Shown piece by piece: positions 47,603 through 57,214 of a stretch of DNA of 64,000 bases. Within the stretch, counting starts at the first letter, position 1. Every line of letters begins with the position of its first letter. The notes beneath the pieces were generated by a model. It did not search any database, was not told the DNA's origin, and saw nothing but the letters and a program-made list of their open reading frames with translations. The stretch is from an uncultured Pseudomonadales bacterium (GTDB lineage Bacteria; Patescibacteriota; Microgenomatia; UBA1400; PJMF01), in the NCBI GenBank assembly GCA_964648715.1, contig CAZYNM010000007.1:1436-65435 (forward strand). The letters run 5' to 3'. Made by a program: the position numbers and the translations under genes.

Positions 47603-47704
47603 AAACATGGCATATACTCTACACTTGCAGCGGATCTTGTATAGATAGCACATGACTGATAAATCTGCTATCTTGAGTATATTGACACTGATGCGTGAAT
47701 TTGT

Positions 47705-48772
47705 ATGTCAGAGAGAAATAGTCCCAATTTGTCATATAGCAAAGCTGTAGATTCTACACCTCGAGAAACAGTTTTTTTATTCTTATCGAGACTGCAAGTA
47801 AAATTACGAGCAGTTTTTCAGGGTAGTGACGCTCATGATGCAACTAGTTTAGTGGCAGATTCCCAACTCCCGTTGGCAGATGTGCATGAACTAGAACGAG
47901 TACTAATCGATCCAGCTACTGGTCGAGTAAGAAGTGAGTTCAACTTTTCTGAAGATGCAAGAAAAATAGTTGAGCAGTTTCCAGGGGTTGAGTTCGTTGG
48001 AGCGGGAAATGAACATGTTGTTGTTCGCATGCATGAAACAAGACCTGATCAGATAATTAAGTATCAAAAAGAAAGGGCACGGTATTTTGAGACTTCACCT
48101 TTAGAAACAATAGAGGTCTATCATCTGCATAAATTACTTCACATGCTTCTCCCTGATAGCTTTCCCGATATCTATGCCACAAGATCAGGTTTAGACGTCA
48201 TTAAATCAAGATGGATGTATGTTGAAAAGGCGAAGCCAGAACAATTTAGCGAAGAAAAACGTCAACTCCAAGAGGATGTCCATTCAATTAGTTCCAGAAT
48301 TGATGAACAGATACAGGAACTAGGAATTCAGCTTGGGTTTTTTAACACCAATAGGGTTGCCTTTGATGCAAGTAAACGAGAAAATTTTATTGTAGATACG
48401 GAAGGTAAACTAAAATACATAGATAGACTGACAATTGGCCCTCAACCAATACGGCTTGATTTCTTACGACTTAACTCAGTGATCCATTCATTAAATAATC
48501 CTACGTTACAATTGAAAATTGTACGGCATCTACTGTCAATTATTGAACTAGAGGTTGTTAAGTATGCTTGGATTCATGCTATTTCACCTGATTCCAATGA
48601 ATTTGCTATGCTACGAGGAGATCTAGATAATAAATCTTGGAATTTGGTCCAGAAATATGCTCGTCGTGCGTTTTATGGTAACTTTAAACGTGATGATTTT
48701 TATTTTTGTAAAGAGAATGTGGTACAGAGACAACCATTTACACTTACAAGTGGCATAGCAATTCCCAACTAA
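47705..48772 (+). CDS. Hypothetical protein, possible kinase-like fold
   Basis: GAGNEHVV...IIK and D....ENF....KYID. Confidence 0.4.
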   Translation: MSERNSPNLSYSKAVDSTPRETVFLFLSRLQVKLRAVFQGSDAHDATSLVADSQLPLADVHELERVLIDPATGRVRSEFNFSEDARKIVEQFPGVEFVGAGNEHVVVRMHETRPDQIIKYQKERARYFETSPLETIEVYHLHKLLHMLLPDSFPDIYATRSGLDVIKSRWMYVEKAKPEQFSEEKRQLQEDVHSISSRIDEQIQELGIQLGFFNTNRVAFDASKRENFIVDTEGKLKYIDRLTIGPQPIRLDFLRLNSVIHSLNNPTLQLKIVRHLLSIIELEVVKYAWIHAISPDSNEFAMLRGDLDNKSWNLVQKYARRAFYGNFKRDDFYFCKENVVQRQPFTLTSGIAIPN

Positions 48773-48820
48773 ATTTGGTCAGCCACTTGGCCAGTGGTTG
48801 GAGCCTCTTTTGCTGAGTAT
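48771..48820 (+). repeat. att-like repeat copy A (degenerate)
   Basis: AAATTTG-GTCAGCCAC-TTGGCCAGTGGTTGGAGC. Confidence 0.6.
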
Positions 48821-48850
48821 CACAATCGTGATGTGATGAGAAATTCGATA

Positions 48851-49189
48851 TTATTCGATAATTGATTGAGGATATAAAGCACATGCTTGATTTTGAAGTG
48901 CCTTAATATTCGCTTTATTTAACTTAGGTTGATATTTGTAAATAATGGGTATAACTAGCTTATTTACTCCTGAGTTCTCTACAGTTTCCATACATCTAAT
49001 AGATTTACTGAAGATTGTTTTGCCTATATTACAACTTATTTCTATTGAGGGCATGGTTCCGTTCCTTAGCTGTTCCCTCATTCCATCTTGCGCATCCAGG
49101 TAGCAATGACTTAGAGAAGCTTCAGTAGTTTTATAGGTAATACCTAACCCAACTAGCAAAATGATAGTTATTACAAAAAGTATTTTCAT
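48851..49189 (-). CDS. Small secreted/anchored 4-Cys protein (paralog of 59885-60214)
   Basis: N-terminal hydrophobic helix; Cys pattern shared with the 59885 ORF. Confidence 0.65.
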   Translation of the reverse strand: MKILFVITIILLVGLGITYKTTEASLSHCYLDAQDGMREQLRNGTMPSIEISCNIGKTIFSKSIRCMETVENSGVNKLVIPIIYKYQPKLNKANIKALQNQACALYPQSIIE

Positions 49190-49269
49190 ATAAATAATAC
49201 TATATGCTTTTTGATTTGATGTACATGGGTTGGATTAGTATATGCTGCATTTAAATATAAATTAGCTCT

Positions 49270-49320
49270 AAAATCAGTGAGCCACTTGGTCGGTGGGTGG
49301 AACACCTGTTGAATAGTGTG
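49270..49320 (+). repeat. att-like repeat copy B
   Basis: AAAATCA-GTGAGCCAC-TTGGTCGGTGGGTGGAACACCT. Confidence 0.8.
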
Positions 49321-49519
49321 GTTGAACTTCATTTAAAACTCATAGATCTAGAAGGAAAACATTGACGAGTATTGTAGAAGCACTCGGCACAGGTATCAAG
49401 CTGAGGTTAGTCTAGCAACTATGTAAAAGAAATAGTCTTTTACATAGAAGAATAGTTATCTGTGTAATGATTACTGCCATCAACAAATTGAGAATAAGAT
49501 TGACAATCTGTCAGATACA

Positions 49520-50155
49520 TTAAAACGCAATATTCTTTACCTCAGTAATCATTCTTGATTTAATTACGTCCCAATTTACATCTTTGATCATTCTAGGCAT
49601 CGGTTGAACTTCAGCATCTTCAAAATAAACGAGCGATTTTAAGATATGTGCTTGATTGTAGTCCACAGCCGAATACTTAGTCTTTGCTTTCTCAAGTAAC
49701 TCTGGCAATGAATATATCTCAAATAAAAAGTACAAATCTACAAAATCTTTTTTACTGCCGCGCATACTGACGGTTTGTAGCTTAGTGCAGGCAATATCAA
49801 GAATTGAACTGAGTTGCGTACCATGCCAGATATTCAAAGGTTCTAGCAAAGGATATCGATACTCCAGAAACTGAAGTTTGACACCATCAACATAGGTATT
49901 TACTGTTCCTGTAGCAAGTTCGGTGTTGCTGAGTTGTCCAAGTAACGCAATGTCCTTTTCTAATTGCAAGGTGTTGAAAGCTTCAGAATTAAAAAAGTCT
50001 AAATCTTCTGACTCACGATGCCCTATTTGTAGTGAAAGTCCAGTTCCACCAGATAAATAAAAAGACTTTAGAAATTCTGGCTGTGATTGATTAATTTTCT
50101 CGACAAGTTGTGCTGTTTTGGCAGGAAGTGTATTGGGGTAAAATGTGGCGTTCAT
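49520..50155 (-). CDS. AbiEii/AbiGii-type nucleotidyltransferase toxin
   Basis: FYLSGGTGLSLQIGHRESEDLDFF, K...RGSKKDFVDLY, KSLVYFEDAE. Confidence 0.9.
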   Translation of the reverse strand: MNATFYPNTLPAKTAQLVEKINQSQPEFLKSFYLSGGTGLSLQIGHRESEDLDFFNSEAFNTLQLEKDIALLGQLSNTELATGTVNTYVDGVKLQFLEYRYPLLEPLNIWHGTQLSSILDIACTKLQTVSMRGSKKDFVDLYFLFEIYSLPELLEKAKTKYSAVDYNQAHILKSLVYFEDAEVQPMPRMIKDVNWDVIKSRMITEVKNIAF

Positions 50156-50385
50156 GATAAATAAATCCGCCAAAAATTACTTGATTTGGGTTGTAATTTT
50201 AATTGTGGAAGTAAGTTCTGAAGTTCGACTCTACTTGTCTGCTTAAAAAGCCATTTGAGTGCTTCAGTATTGCCTTTTTCAAGTAAAGTTTGGATGATGT
50301 ATTTTTTGTGTTGAGACCAATCTAATTCATTTAGACTATCACCCCAAAAATAGGTTTGCAATTGTGTCGGAATTTGTACCTTCAT
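50152..50385 (-). CDS. DUF6922-like antitoxin partner of the AbiEii toxin
   Basis: YFW, YIIQTLLEKG, NFW; ATGA overlap with the toxin gene. Confidence 0.8.
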   Translation of the reverse strand: MKVQIPTQLQTYFWGDSLNELDWSQHKKYIIQTLLEKGNTEALKWLFKQTSRVELQNLLPQLKLQPKSSNFWRIYLS

Positions 50386-50490
50386 TGACTCGTATTATAC
50401 CAAATTTGGTTGGTATTTTCTTGTTTAAAAAGTGTTTTCTTAACTACAGCCATCTGGTTCTGGAACACAGTCCAGGCTGAAAACTGAATA

Positions 50491-50585
50491 AAATGGGAAC
50501 TGCGAGAAAGAATATAAAATCTCCAGAGGAAACCAAAATTTGTGAGCCACTTGGTCGGTGTGTGGAACACCTTTTCGATAGTATA
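50491..50585 (+). repeat. att-like repeat copy C (left arm + core + right arm)
   Basis: 50491-50549 matches 55659-55717 at 53/59 nt, and the right arm TTGGTCGGTGTGTGGAACACCT matches copy B. Confidence 0.85.
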
Positions 50586-50659
50586 ATCAAATTATATAGT
50601 AAACTTGTGGTTACGAATTTATAAATCAACAGTAGGTGGTGAAAGAAGTTCACATACAA

Positions 50660-52237
50660 CTACTGGGAAGCCAGTGCACGTGTAACAGAATGTGCCGTAG
50701 ATTTACTCTGTCCAATACCTGGCAGATCTTCGCTACATAGTTGAACTGTGTGAACAGAATCAATACTTTCTGCAATCAAATCGAATTGTTCTAAAAATGT
50801 CATATCCTCCTCAGTGAGGATACCCAAAAGTATATATTCTTGCACACTACTATTTTCACTAAAATGCTTTTTGAGATTTACAAGCTGTTGGATTTGTACA
50901 TCTACAACAATATCTGGTTGAAAAGTAGCAATAGCTTGTTGTGCATCCATGTTCAGAACAACTCCGTCAGTGTCAGACGATTCAAGATTACTCTCTGCAG
51001 CAATATATACGCACGGTACTCGACGAGCTTTGAGCTCATCGCTTATAAACCGAGAAAATTTACCATGACCGGCAGTAACTTCAAGAATGATAATTTCTTC
51101 ATGACCTGGTCGGACTAGTTCTCCTACTCTCTTCTCAATATAATCCGCCATTGCTGTCACCAGTTCCTGACTTATTACTTCATGAACATCATATAGTTTG
51201 CATATCAGATCCCACTCAGCTACTGCTAATTGATATTTACTGTCACTGAGTTGCGTCCCAATCCTGTGTTCTTTTCTCCACAATTCAAAATAGGACTTAA
51301 TTTCTGCAAGCGAAGGCAGCACATCAATTCTGCACAGGGGATTTAAGCTATCATGTAATTCATATCGACGTTGAAACTCAGAGTTGGCTAATGGAGAACT
51401 CTGCATAGAGACATCTGCATAGTATTCGGATTGGTGTCTATCGCATTGGGCAACAATAGCTGACCCGTCTTCCTGATCAGCTAGCCAATGTTCCAGTTCA
51501 TCCCAATCATTAATGCCAGTTATCGATGCTAATCTATCGTAATCAATATCAAGCTCCGGAGCAGTGAGGTGCTGTGAAAAATCGATGTTCGACTCAGCAA
51601 ATGTTTCAAGTCCAAGTTCATCGATAAAGTACTGCAGAACTTGCTCATACTCAGCTGGAGCTGCGACTTCTTCAATATTTCCCTTAATATACATTGCAAC
51701 CTCACTGGCTGAAAAGAAAAACATTTGTTCCATCCACTCAGTCGCAAAACAATTTTTGATAGTTTTTCTCCAGCAATCTTTTGTTTGGGCTCCGACAGCG
51801 AGTTTGTATCTCAGAACTCTTTTAACACCATAAATAATGTCTGCAACTGTAATGGGTTTTTCAAGATCAAGTAAAAACAATGTATCTGGTCGCGACTCAA
51901 AACCTGATGGTTTGATAACCTCACCTTGAGACGATAAAAAATAGGCTTCAAGATTATACTTTGGTTCCTGAAAAAGATATGCATTGTAATTTGCAACATC
52001 AGTTTCCACCCACTGAACTGGTTTGTCACTGTCAATTTGCGGAAAGGTTACGCCCAAAGGAACTACAACATCAAGGTCTTGTGCAGTCGCGGTGTGATAT
52101 ATCGTATCAAGTACCGTTGAACCTGCTATGTAGTATAAGCCTGGGGGCTCACTGTACTGCAATGTTTTAGTATCAATTTTCGCGCCCTCTTTAGAGAAAG
52201 TTTCGGTTTCACGGCCAAGCTCTAGTTGTTGTGTCAT
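50660..52237 (-). CDS. Hypothetical protein: nucleotidyltransferase-like N-terminus and methyltransferase-like C-terminus
   Basis: IAGSTVLD...DLDVVV and ILEVTAGHGKFS. Confidence 0.5.
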   Translation of the reverse strand: MTQQLELGRETETFSKEGAKIDTKTLQYSEPPGLYYIAGSTVLDTIYHTATAQDLDVVVPLGVTFPQIDSDKPVQWVETDVANYNAYLFQEPKYNLEAYFLSSQGEVIKPSGFESRPDTLFLLDLEKPITVADIIYGVKRVLRYKLAVGAQTKDCWRKTIKNCFATEWMEQMFFFSASEVAMYIKGNIEEVAAPAEYEQVLQYFIDELGLETFAESNIDFSQHLTAPELDIDYDRLASITGINDWDELEHWLADQEDGSAIVAQCDRHQSEYYADVSMQSSPLANSEFQRRYELHDSLNPLCRIDVLPSLAEIKSYFELWRKEHRIGTQLSDSKYQLAVAEWDLICKLYDVHEVISQELVTAMADYIEKRVGELVRPGHEEIIILEVTAGHGKFSRFISDELKARRVPCVYIAAESNLESSDTDGVVLNMDAQQAIATFQPDIVVDVQIQQLVNLKKHFSENSSVQEYILLGILTEEDMTFLEQFDLIAESIDSVHTVQLCSEDLPGIGQSKSTAHSVTRALASQ

Positions 52238-52299
52238 ACTATTTTAGTTTACAATCTTAAAAAGATACACGATACATTCAAAAGTTATAAATATTTTTT

Positions 52300-52464
52300 A
52301 TGAGCGAAGAATCTGAAAAGAAAAAAATTATCTGGAATAAGGCTGGTAGCGATGAACAAAAACAGGCGATCAGAACTACCTTTGAGCGATATTTTGTTGC
52401 ACTTGCTCAAGCTCGACTTCGCCTACTACAAATAGCTCAAAAGAAGAACAACAAAGATGCATGA
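52300..52464 (+). CDS. Small 54-aa ORF preceding the MoxR gene
   Basis: MSEESEKKKIIWNK...; its stop overlaps the MoxR start. Confidence 0.4.
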   Translation: MSEESEKKKIIWNKAGSDEQKQAIRTTFERYFVALAQARLRLLQIAQKKNNKDA

Positions 52465-53917
52465 ACCAAAGTCTGAGGGATCACATGAATTCAATGTAGC
52501 TGACCTACTTGTTGGGATGACAACAGAGGCAAGGAAGCAATTAGCAGACCTGCTTATTTTGATCCAAGAACAAAAAGAAACCAACAGAGATGATTCCGCC
52601 ACATTAGCCCAGATAGAAGGTATTAAATCTGATATTGAGCATGCTACTGCTGAACTTCCAATTAGACTTGAACGAGACCAGGAACCATATTTAGCTGATC
52701 CCGAACTTGCGGAATTGTTGGATGACTGTTATGCACTTGGAAAACCTGTAATGCTTATTGGAGAGCCAGGTACCGGTAAAACTGCCGCTGCATACGCATA
52801 TGCAGCAGAACATGGGATGCAAGTTATCGATCTACAATGTAGAGAATCTGTGGATGCCAGTGAAGCTTTATATTCTATTAGATATCTGGACAAGTGGTCA
52901 GATGCACAATCGGGTACTGCTCAAGCTGGTTATGATAACTACATACAGTTAGGCCCTATAGGTCAAGCATTCATGTCTGATGAACCAGTTGTGTTATTGA
53001 TTGATGAAGCAGATAAGTTGGCTGAGGGTGGTCCTGATGCTTGGCTAAGAGCGTTTGAAGATTTTGCGTTTGTAATAAATGAAGGCAGACCTACATCTGG
53101 AGTTACTGAAAAAGTATCTGCAGAACAACGAATAGTTAAAGCAAAGCACAAGCCATTAATTATTATTACCTCTAACGGTATGCGTGACTTTTCTTCTGCA
53201 TTTCTTCGACGATGTGGGAGGTATTCAATACCATTCCCAGATTCTGAAAAACTTAAAGATATTGTGAAGTTGCATATACCGGATATGGAGACGCAACTAC
53301 TTGATAACATCATCTCAGAATTTATGCGCATCCGTGAAACTGAGGGATTAAAACACAAGCCATCGCCAGCAGAGTTGCTTGATTGGATTCGAGTTTTGCG
53401 TCGGAGAGGTGTTAGTGATGTCTCTCAGGGAAATTTAGAAGCACTCCACTTCTTGATCAAAGAAGAATCAGATATGCAACTGTTTGACATGAGTAAAGTT
53501 TCGCCTGAAGTATTGCATAAATCAGGTATGCCAATTGAAGTTGTGCATGCTATCAATGGCAGACATTTGGTGCAACTCAACAGTGCGCAACCAAAGGATT
53601 TACTACTGCAGTTATATAGAAAAAAAATAAAGTTCTCTGGTACCGCCACATATAGTGACCCATTGTTTATCCAGGAACCAGGTTGTCATACCGTTATAGG
53701 TAGCAACGATATGCGGTGGTATATCGTTACACCAGCAGTTCTCACTGTTTTGAACGAATGTAACGCGGTCGGTATGACTATGCGTTCGATTAATGAAGAC
53801 GAATTACCAGAAGTTACTGACTTTGTAAAAGCAAATAAGTACTTTCAACTCGTGAAGTTGGTAGATGGAAATTCGGCATACATCCGTAATGGAAAAGCCG
53901 TAATTATTCCTAGGTAA
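52457..53917 (+). CDS. MoxR-family AAA+ ATPase (CoxD-like)
   Basis: GEPGTGKT, LLIDEADK, ITSN, AFLRRC, PSPAELLDW. Confidence 0.9.
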   Translation: MHEPKSEGSHEFNVADLLVGMTTEARKQLADLLILIQEQKETNRDDSATLAQIEGIKSDIEHATAELPIRLERDQEPYLADPELAELLDDCYALGKPVMLIGEPGTGKTAAAYAYAAEHGMQVIDLQCRESVDASEALYSIRYLDKWSDAQSGTAQAGYDNYIQLGPIGQAFMSDEPVVLLIDEADKLAEGGPDAWLRAFEDFAFVINEGRPTSGVTEKVSAEQRIVKAKHKPLIIITSNGMRDFSSAFLRRCGRYSIPFPDSEKLKDIVKLHIPDMETQLLDNIISEFMRIRETEGLKHKPSPAELLDWIRVLRRRGVSDVSQGNLEALHFLIKEESDMQLFDMSKVSPEVLHKSGMPIEVVHAINGRHLVQLNSAQPKDLLLQLYRKKIKFSGTATYSDPLFIQEPGCHTVIGSNDMRWYIVTPAVLTVLNECNAVGMTMRSINEDELPEVTDFVKANKYFQLVKLVDGNSAYIRNGKAVIIPR

Positions 53918-53923
53918 TGTACT

Positions 53924-55597
53924 ATGTTTGAACATCTGTCTCCAGTAGGTTCTCAATTAAACAAGGGTAAACCTCAATTAATTGAGCTAGCTGCAGTATT
54001 AGGTGAAGTCCTACCCAAACAAGAAACTGAATTTGATCGTCTTCAAGACTTTTTTGAATGTTTACGAGCAAGCGGCATTCCCGTGAGTATGGCAGAATGG
54101 CTTGATGTTCAGAGACTACTTACAATGGGAAGAATAACTACACTGACTGAAATGCATTTCAAATGTCGAGCTTTTTTGGTCAAGGATGCCCGCTATGATG
54201 CGCTCTATGACCAAGTTTTTAAGAAAGTATTTCTACAGGAAGTTATAGATCATAGAAAAAGTGAGGAAATGTACTTTGATCAAGAATCTGTGAGTGAAGA
54301 AGAAAGACAGGCTGCAGAGCTTGAACAAATGCTTGATCAAAACAGGCCAGCAAGTGTAAGTGAGTTATCAGCGTTACAAACCAAAATAAATGAAATTACT
54401 CGGAAAATGGAGAAAATTAAAAGTTTGTATGTAACTCCAACGAATGACTTGAATGAGGTTGTTCAGTATCGGCGTGGTCAAATTTTGCCAACAAGTGAAG
54501 GTATGGGACGAAGATATCAAAGAGTAGAAAAATTCATGCATGGGCGTTGGTGGGAATCGCACCCAGAAGTTGATTCTGATTCTAGCTACACTGTTTCGCA
54601 TGTAGATTTTCAAGAAATGCAGCCTGCTGATTATGAGCAAATGCGAATGTTTGATTCATTATCAAAAAAACTAAATAAGAGAGCTGAACAAATAAAATCG
54701 GCACTCTCTCCCCTCTCAAAATTACAGCAACAGGTGAAACAAGTAATGAATGGTGATACTCCAATGCCATCACACCAAGAGGGCGGAAATGGTAATCCTG
54801 CAGATGGTTCTGTGCAGATGGATCGTTCCGCACAAATTAATTTAGATCTAGGACAGTTTAGTGGTGCGTTCGGTACAAGCCATGAGGAAATGGTTCAAAT
54901 CCTAGATAGGATTGAAGAAGGCACTTGGCTGGACAGTGAGACAGATAGAGTTTTAACCCCCGATCAAGTTAAGAAAGCATTAGAGAAATTAAAGAAAAAA
55001 TTTACAAATTATAGCCGAATTAAAACTTCTCGACTTGATATAAAAAAATCAGTTCTACGATCTTCAAAGAAACCTGGGCTTCCTGAGCTCGTTTACAAAT
55101 CTGAAGTACTTAAAGAGAAGCCCAACATTATACTTTTGGCAGATGTCAGTGGCAGTGTCCACCAGTTGATTCCACTCATGCGTTCTGTCGTTGAAGGTTT
55201 AAGTTCAGTGACCAATATGGTTGGTACTTTTTATTTTTTTGATAAAGTTGAGCAAGATGTCTACAGTGATGAAGGATTGAGTAGTAAACAAGATATTATT
55301 ACGGTCCTTCAAGAAAATAAGCAATCGTTAGTTTTGATCTATGGCGATACTTTATTCAAATCACAAGGTGATGATGATGAAGCATTTAAACTTCTTGGAA
55401 AAATTAAATCGAATTCTAAATCAGTAGTGTGGCTACAACCAAATATTGAAATATTTAACGCCAATAATTCTGGTGCTATAGACTATGATGATCCTGGTTA
55501 TGCGATGACATATGGCTTCGTTAGAAAGATAATTGATATCTTTCCACTCACATTTAATGGCTTACTTGATGCTGCTGAGCGGCTTCTGCGAAAATAA
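53924..55597 (+). CDS. VWA-domain (CoxE-like) partner of MoxR
   Basis: LRASGIPVSMAEWL, LDIKKSV, MIDAS DVSGS, YGD, VVWLQP. Confidence 0.85.
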   Translation: MFEHLSPVGSQLNKGKPQLIELAAVLGEVLPKQETEFDRLQDFFECLRASGIPVSMAEWLDVQRLLTMGRITTLTEMHFKCRAFLVKDARYDALYDQVFKKVFLQEVIDHRKSEEMYFDQESVSEEERQAAELEQMLDQNRPASVSELSALQTKINEITRKMEKIKSLYVTPTNDLNEVVQYRRGQILPTSEGMGRRYQRVEKFMHGRWWESHPEVDSDSSYTVSHVDFQEMQPADYEQMRMFDSLSKKLNKRAEQIKSALSPLSKLQQQVKQVMNGDTPMPSHQEGGNGNPADGSVQMDRSAQINLDLGQFSGAFGTSHEEMVQILDRIEEGTWLDSETDRVLTPDQVKKALEKLKKKFTNYSRIKTSRLDIKKSVLRSSKKPGLPELVYKSEVLKEKPNIILLADVSGSVHQLIPLMRSVVEGLSSVTNMVGTFYFFDKVEQDVYSDEGLSSKQDIITVLQENKQSLVLIYGDTLFKSQGDDDEAFKLLGKIKSNSKSVVWLQPNIEIFNANNSGAIDYDDPGYAMTYGFVRKIIDIFPLTFNGLLDAAERLLRK

Positions 55598-55658
55598 AGA
55601 ATGTTGATATAACAGTAAATAATACAACATACTGTTTAGTACTTTGTAGCATGTGATC

Positions 55659-55717
55659 AAATGTAAACTACGAGAAAGAATATAGAATCTCCAGAGGAAA
55701 TCAAAATATGTGAGCCA
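55659..55717 (+). repeat. att-like repeat copy D, overlapping the tRNA-Lys 3' end
   Basis: 59-nt direct repeat of 50491-50549 ending in GTGAGCCA. Confidence 0.85.
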
Positions 55718-55784
55718 GCTGGGACTCGAACCCAGGACACTTTGCTTAAGAGGCAAATGCTCTAACCAACTGAGCTACTGGCCC
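55711..55784 (-). tRNA. tRNA-Lys(CUU)
   Basis: GGGCCAG/CTGGCTC acceptor, anticodon loop CTCTTAA, GGTTCGAGTCC. Confidence 0.95.
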
Positions 55785-55878
55785 TCACACGAACTAGTAT
55801 TATACCTCAAGATTACATTGAGAGCGAACACTTATTTCACTTTCTTGCAGTCTAGTCAAGATTGAGTAATACTGAAGT

Positions 55879-57063
55879 ATGTCAGCTGTACATGAAGTAG
55901 CTCAACAGACACATGAACACGTACCCTCTCCTCTGGCTTTCAGTTACCCCATAGATGCATTTTTGCACCAGACCATACAGAACCTGGGAAAACAATTGGA
56001 AATAAACCCAGATGCGTTGGGTTGTCAAAACGTCTCATTTTGTCGTGGGGCTGTAAACTACATCCTCAAAGAAATCAAACAGGGCCCTGAGTTTTTTGAA
56101 GTGACTGCAGAACTGGAAAGTTTGGCAGGCGAGCTGGGAAACACGCCAGCAGCTCTTCGTTTTTTCTATTCTTTAGAATTGTATATTTACTATCAGCACG
56201 AGGTGGTGCGACATACAGAAAATAGAATATGTGAATTTTTACAAGTACTTACCTTTGCTGAGTTGAGCTTACTGGGTCCACTTTTGAGTGAGTTCCTGAC
56301 AGATGTCCCAACTCAAGAGGCAGATAAAAGATATTCTTTTTTACGGGATTTTTTTGCCAATGACTCTGCAGATTTCACAGCAACACTTGATGGGCTACAG
56401 ATGAAAAAGAATGAATACATTTTCCTACTTAATACACCACTCTTCACTGCGTTTCTTAAACCGCTTACTCGTCTACAGCCTGCCTTTGCGTATGAACTTG
56501 CACAGATTGTAAATGGATGTCAGGACGTTCACCTGAGAGAAGAAACTGAAAAAGCACTTATGCCAGTTGAGACACATTGGCGGATAAAACTCACACCTTC
56601 ACATGATGACTGGTATTTGTGTGAGCGGAGCGAAGAAAAGTTGGTAGATACACTCTCAGAACAAGGATGTCTAGCGCTGCTAGATGCAGCACAACGACCA
56701 CTTATTGTGGTTAAATTTAAAGGTAAACCATCTGGACTGGTACTACAAACATGTAAAACTGCTGATGGAACTGTGTTACCTGCAGGTACCTGGATTTCTC
56801 CTGTCAGTGCTCAAACTCGAGAACGTTTATACAAGGCATTTGACACAAACTATCAAAAAGTGAGTACACCAGTTTTCCATGGCACTTGGGCGTATATGCG
56901 TAGTGTAGTCCCAGACCGTCTGGAACAGAATGGAGCGCTCCTTACACTTACTAATATAGCGACTCAGCTACAGAGAAGAAGTGCCTATATTGGCCAGCAC
57001 CCTCGTTTCTCTCCAGACAGACAAGCATACCGTCTCAGATATAAAGAAGAAATGGGTGCTTAA
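55879..57063 (+). CDS. Hypothetical protein
   Basis: 394-aa ORF between two tRNA genes; no family recognised. Confidence 0.7.
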   Translation: MSAVHEVAQQTHEHVPSPLAFSYPIDAFLHQTIQNLGKQLEINPDALGCQNVSFCRGAVNYILKEIKQGPEFFEVTAELESLAGELGNTPAALRFFYSLELYIYYQHEVVRHTENRICEFLQVLTFAELSLLGPLLSEFLTDVPTQEADKRYSFLRDFFANDSADFTATLDGLQMKKNEYIFLLNTPLFTAFLKPLTRLQPAFAYELAQIVNGCQDVHLREETEKALMPVETHWRIKLTPSHDDWYLCERSEEKLVDTLSEQGCLALLDAAQRPLIVVKFKGKPSGLVLQTCKTADGTVLPAGTWISPVSAQTRERLYKAFDTNYQKVSTPVFHGTWAYMRSVVPDRLEQNGALLTLTNIATQLQRRSAYIGQHPRFSPDRQAYRLRYKEEMGA

Positions 57064-57073
57064 GGTGACTCGG

Positions 57074-57147
57074 TGCACCCAGAGGGAATTGAACCCCCAA
57101 CCTTCTGTTCCGAAGACAGACGCTCTATCCAATTGAGCTATGGGTGC
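57074..57147 (-). tRNA. tRNA-Arg(UCG)
   Basis: GCACCCA/TGGGTGC acceptor, loop CTTCGGA, GGTTCAATTCC. Confidence 0.95.
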
Positions 57148-57214
57148 GCACCGCTATTATACCTCAAAAAGTCCTCTTTTATTCCCTTCATCCAGTGCTA
57201 CAATACTTGAGAAG

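Noticed and set aside
48771-55717. Repeats as a CRISPR array or classical integron attC sites
   Set aside because: Spacing is 0.5-5 kb, there are no cas or intI genes and no attC palindromes, and the core matches the tRNA end.
55562-55756. ORF similar to 50382-50570 (FLWRFYILSRS)
   Set aside because: The similarity is just the antisense translation of the att-like repeat, and the ORF overlaps tRNA-Lys.
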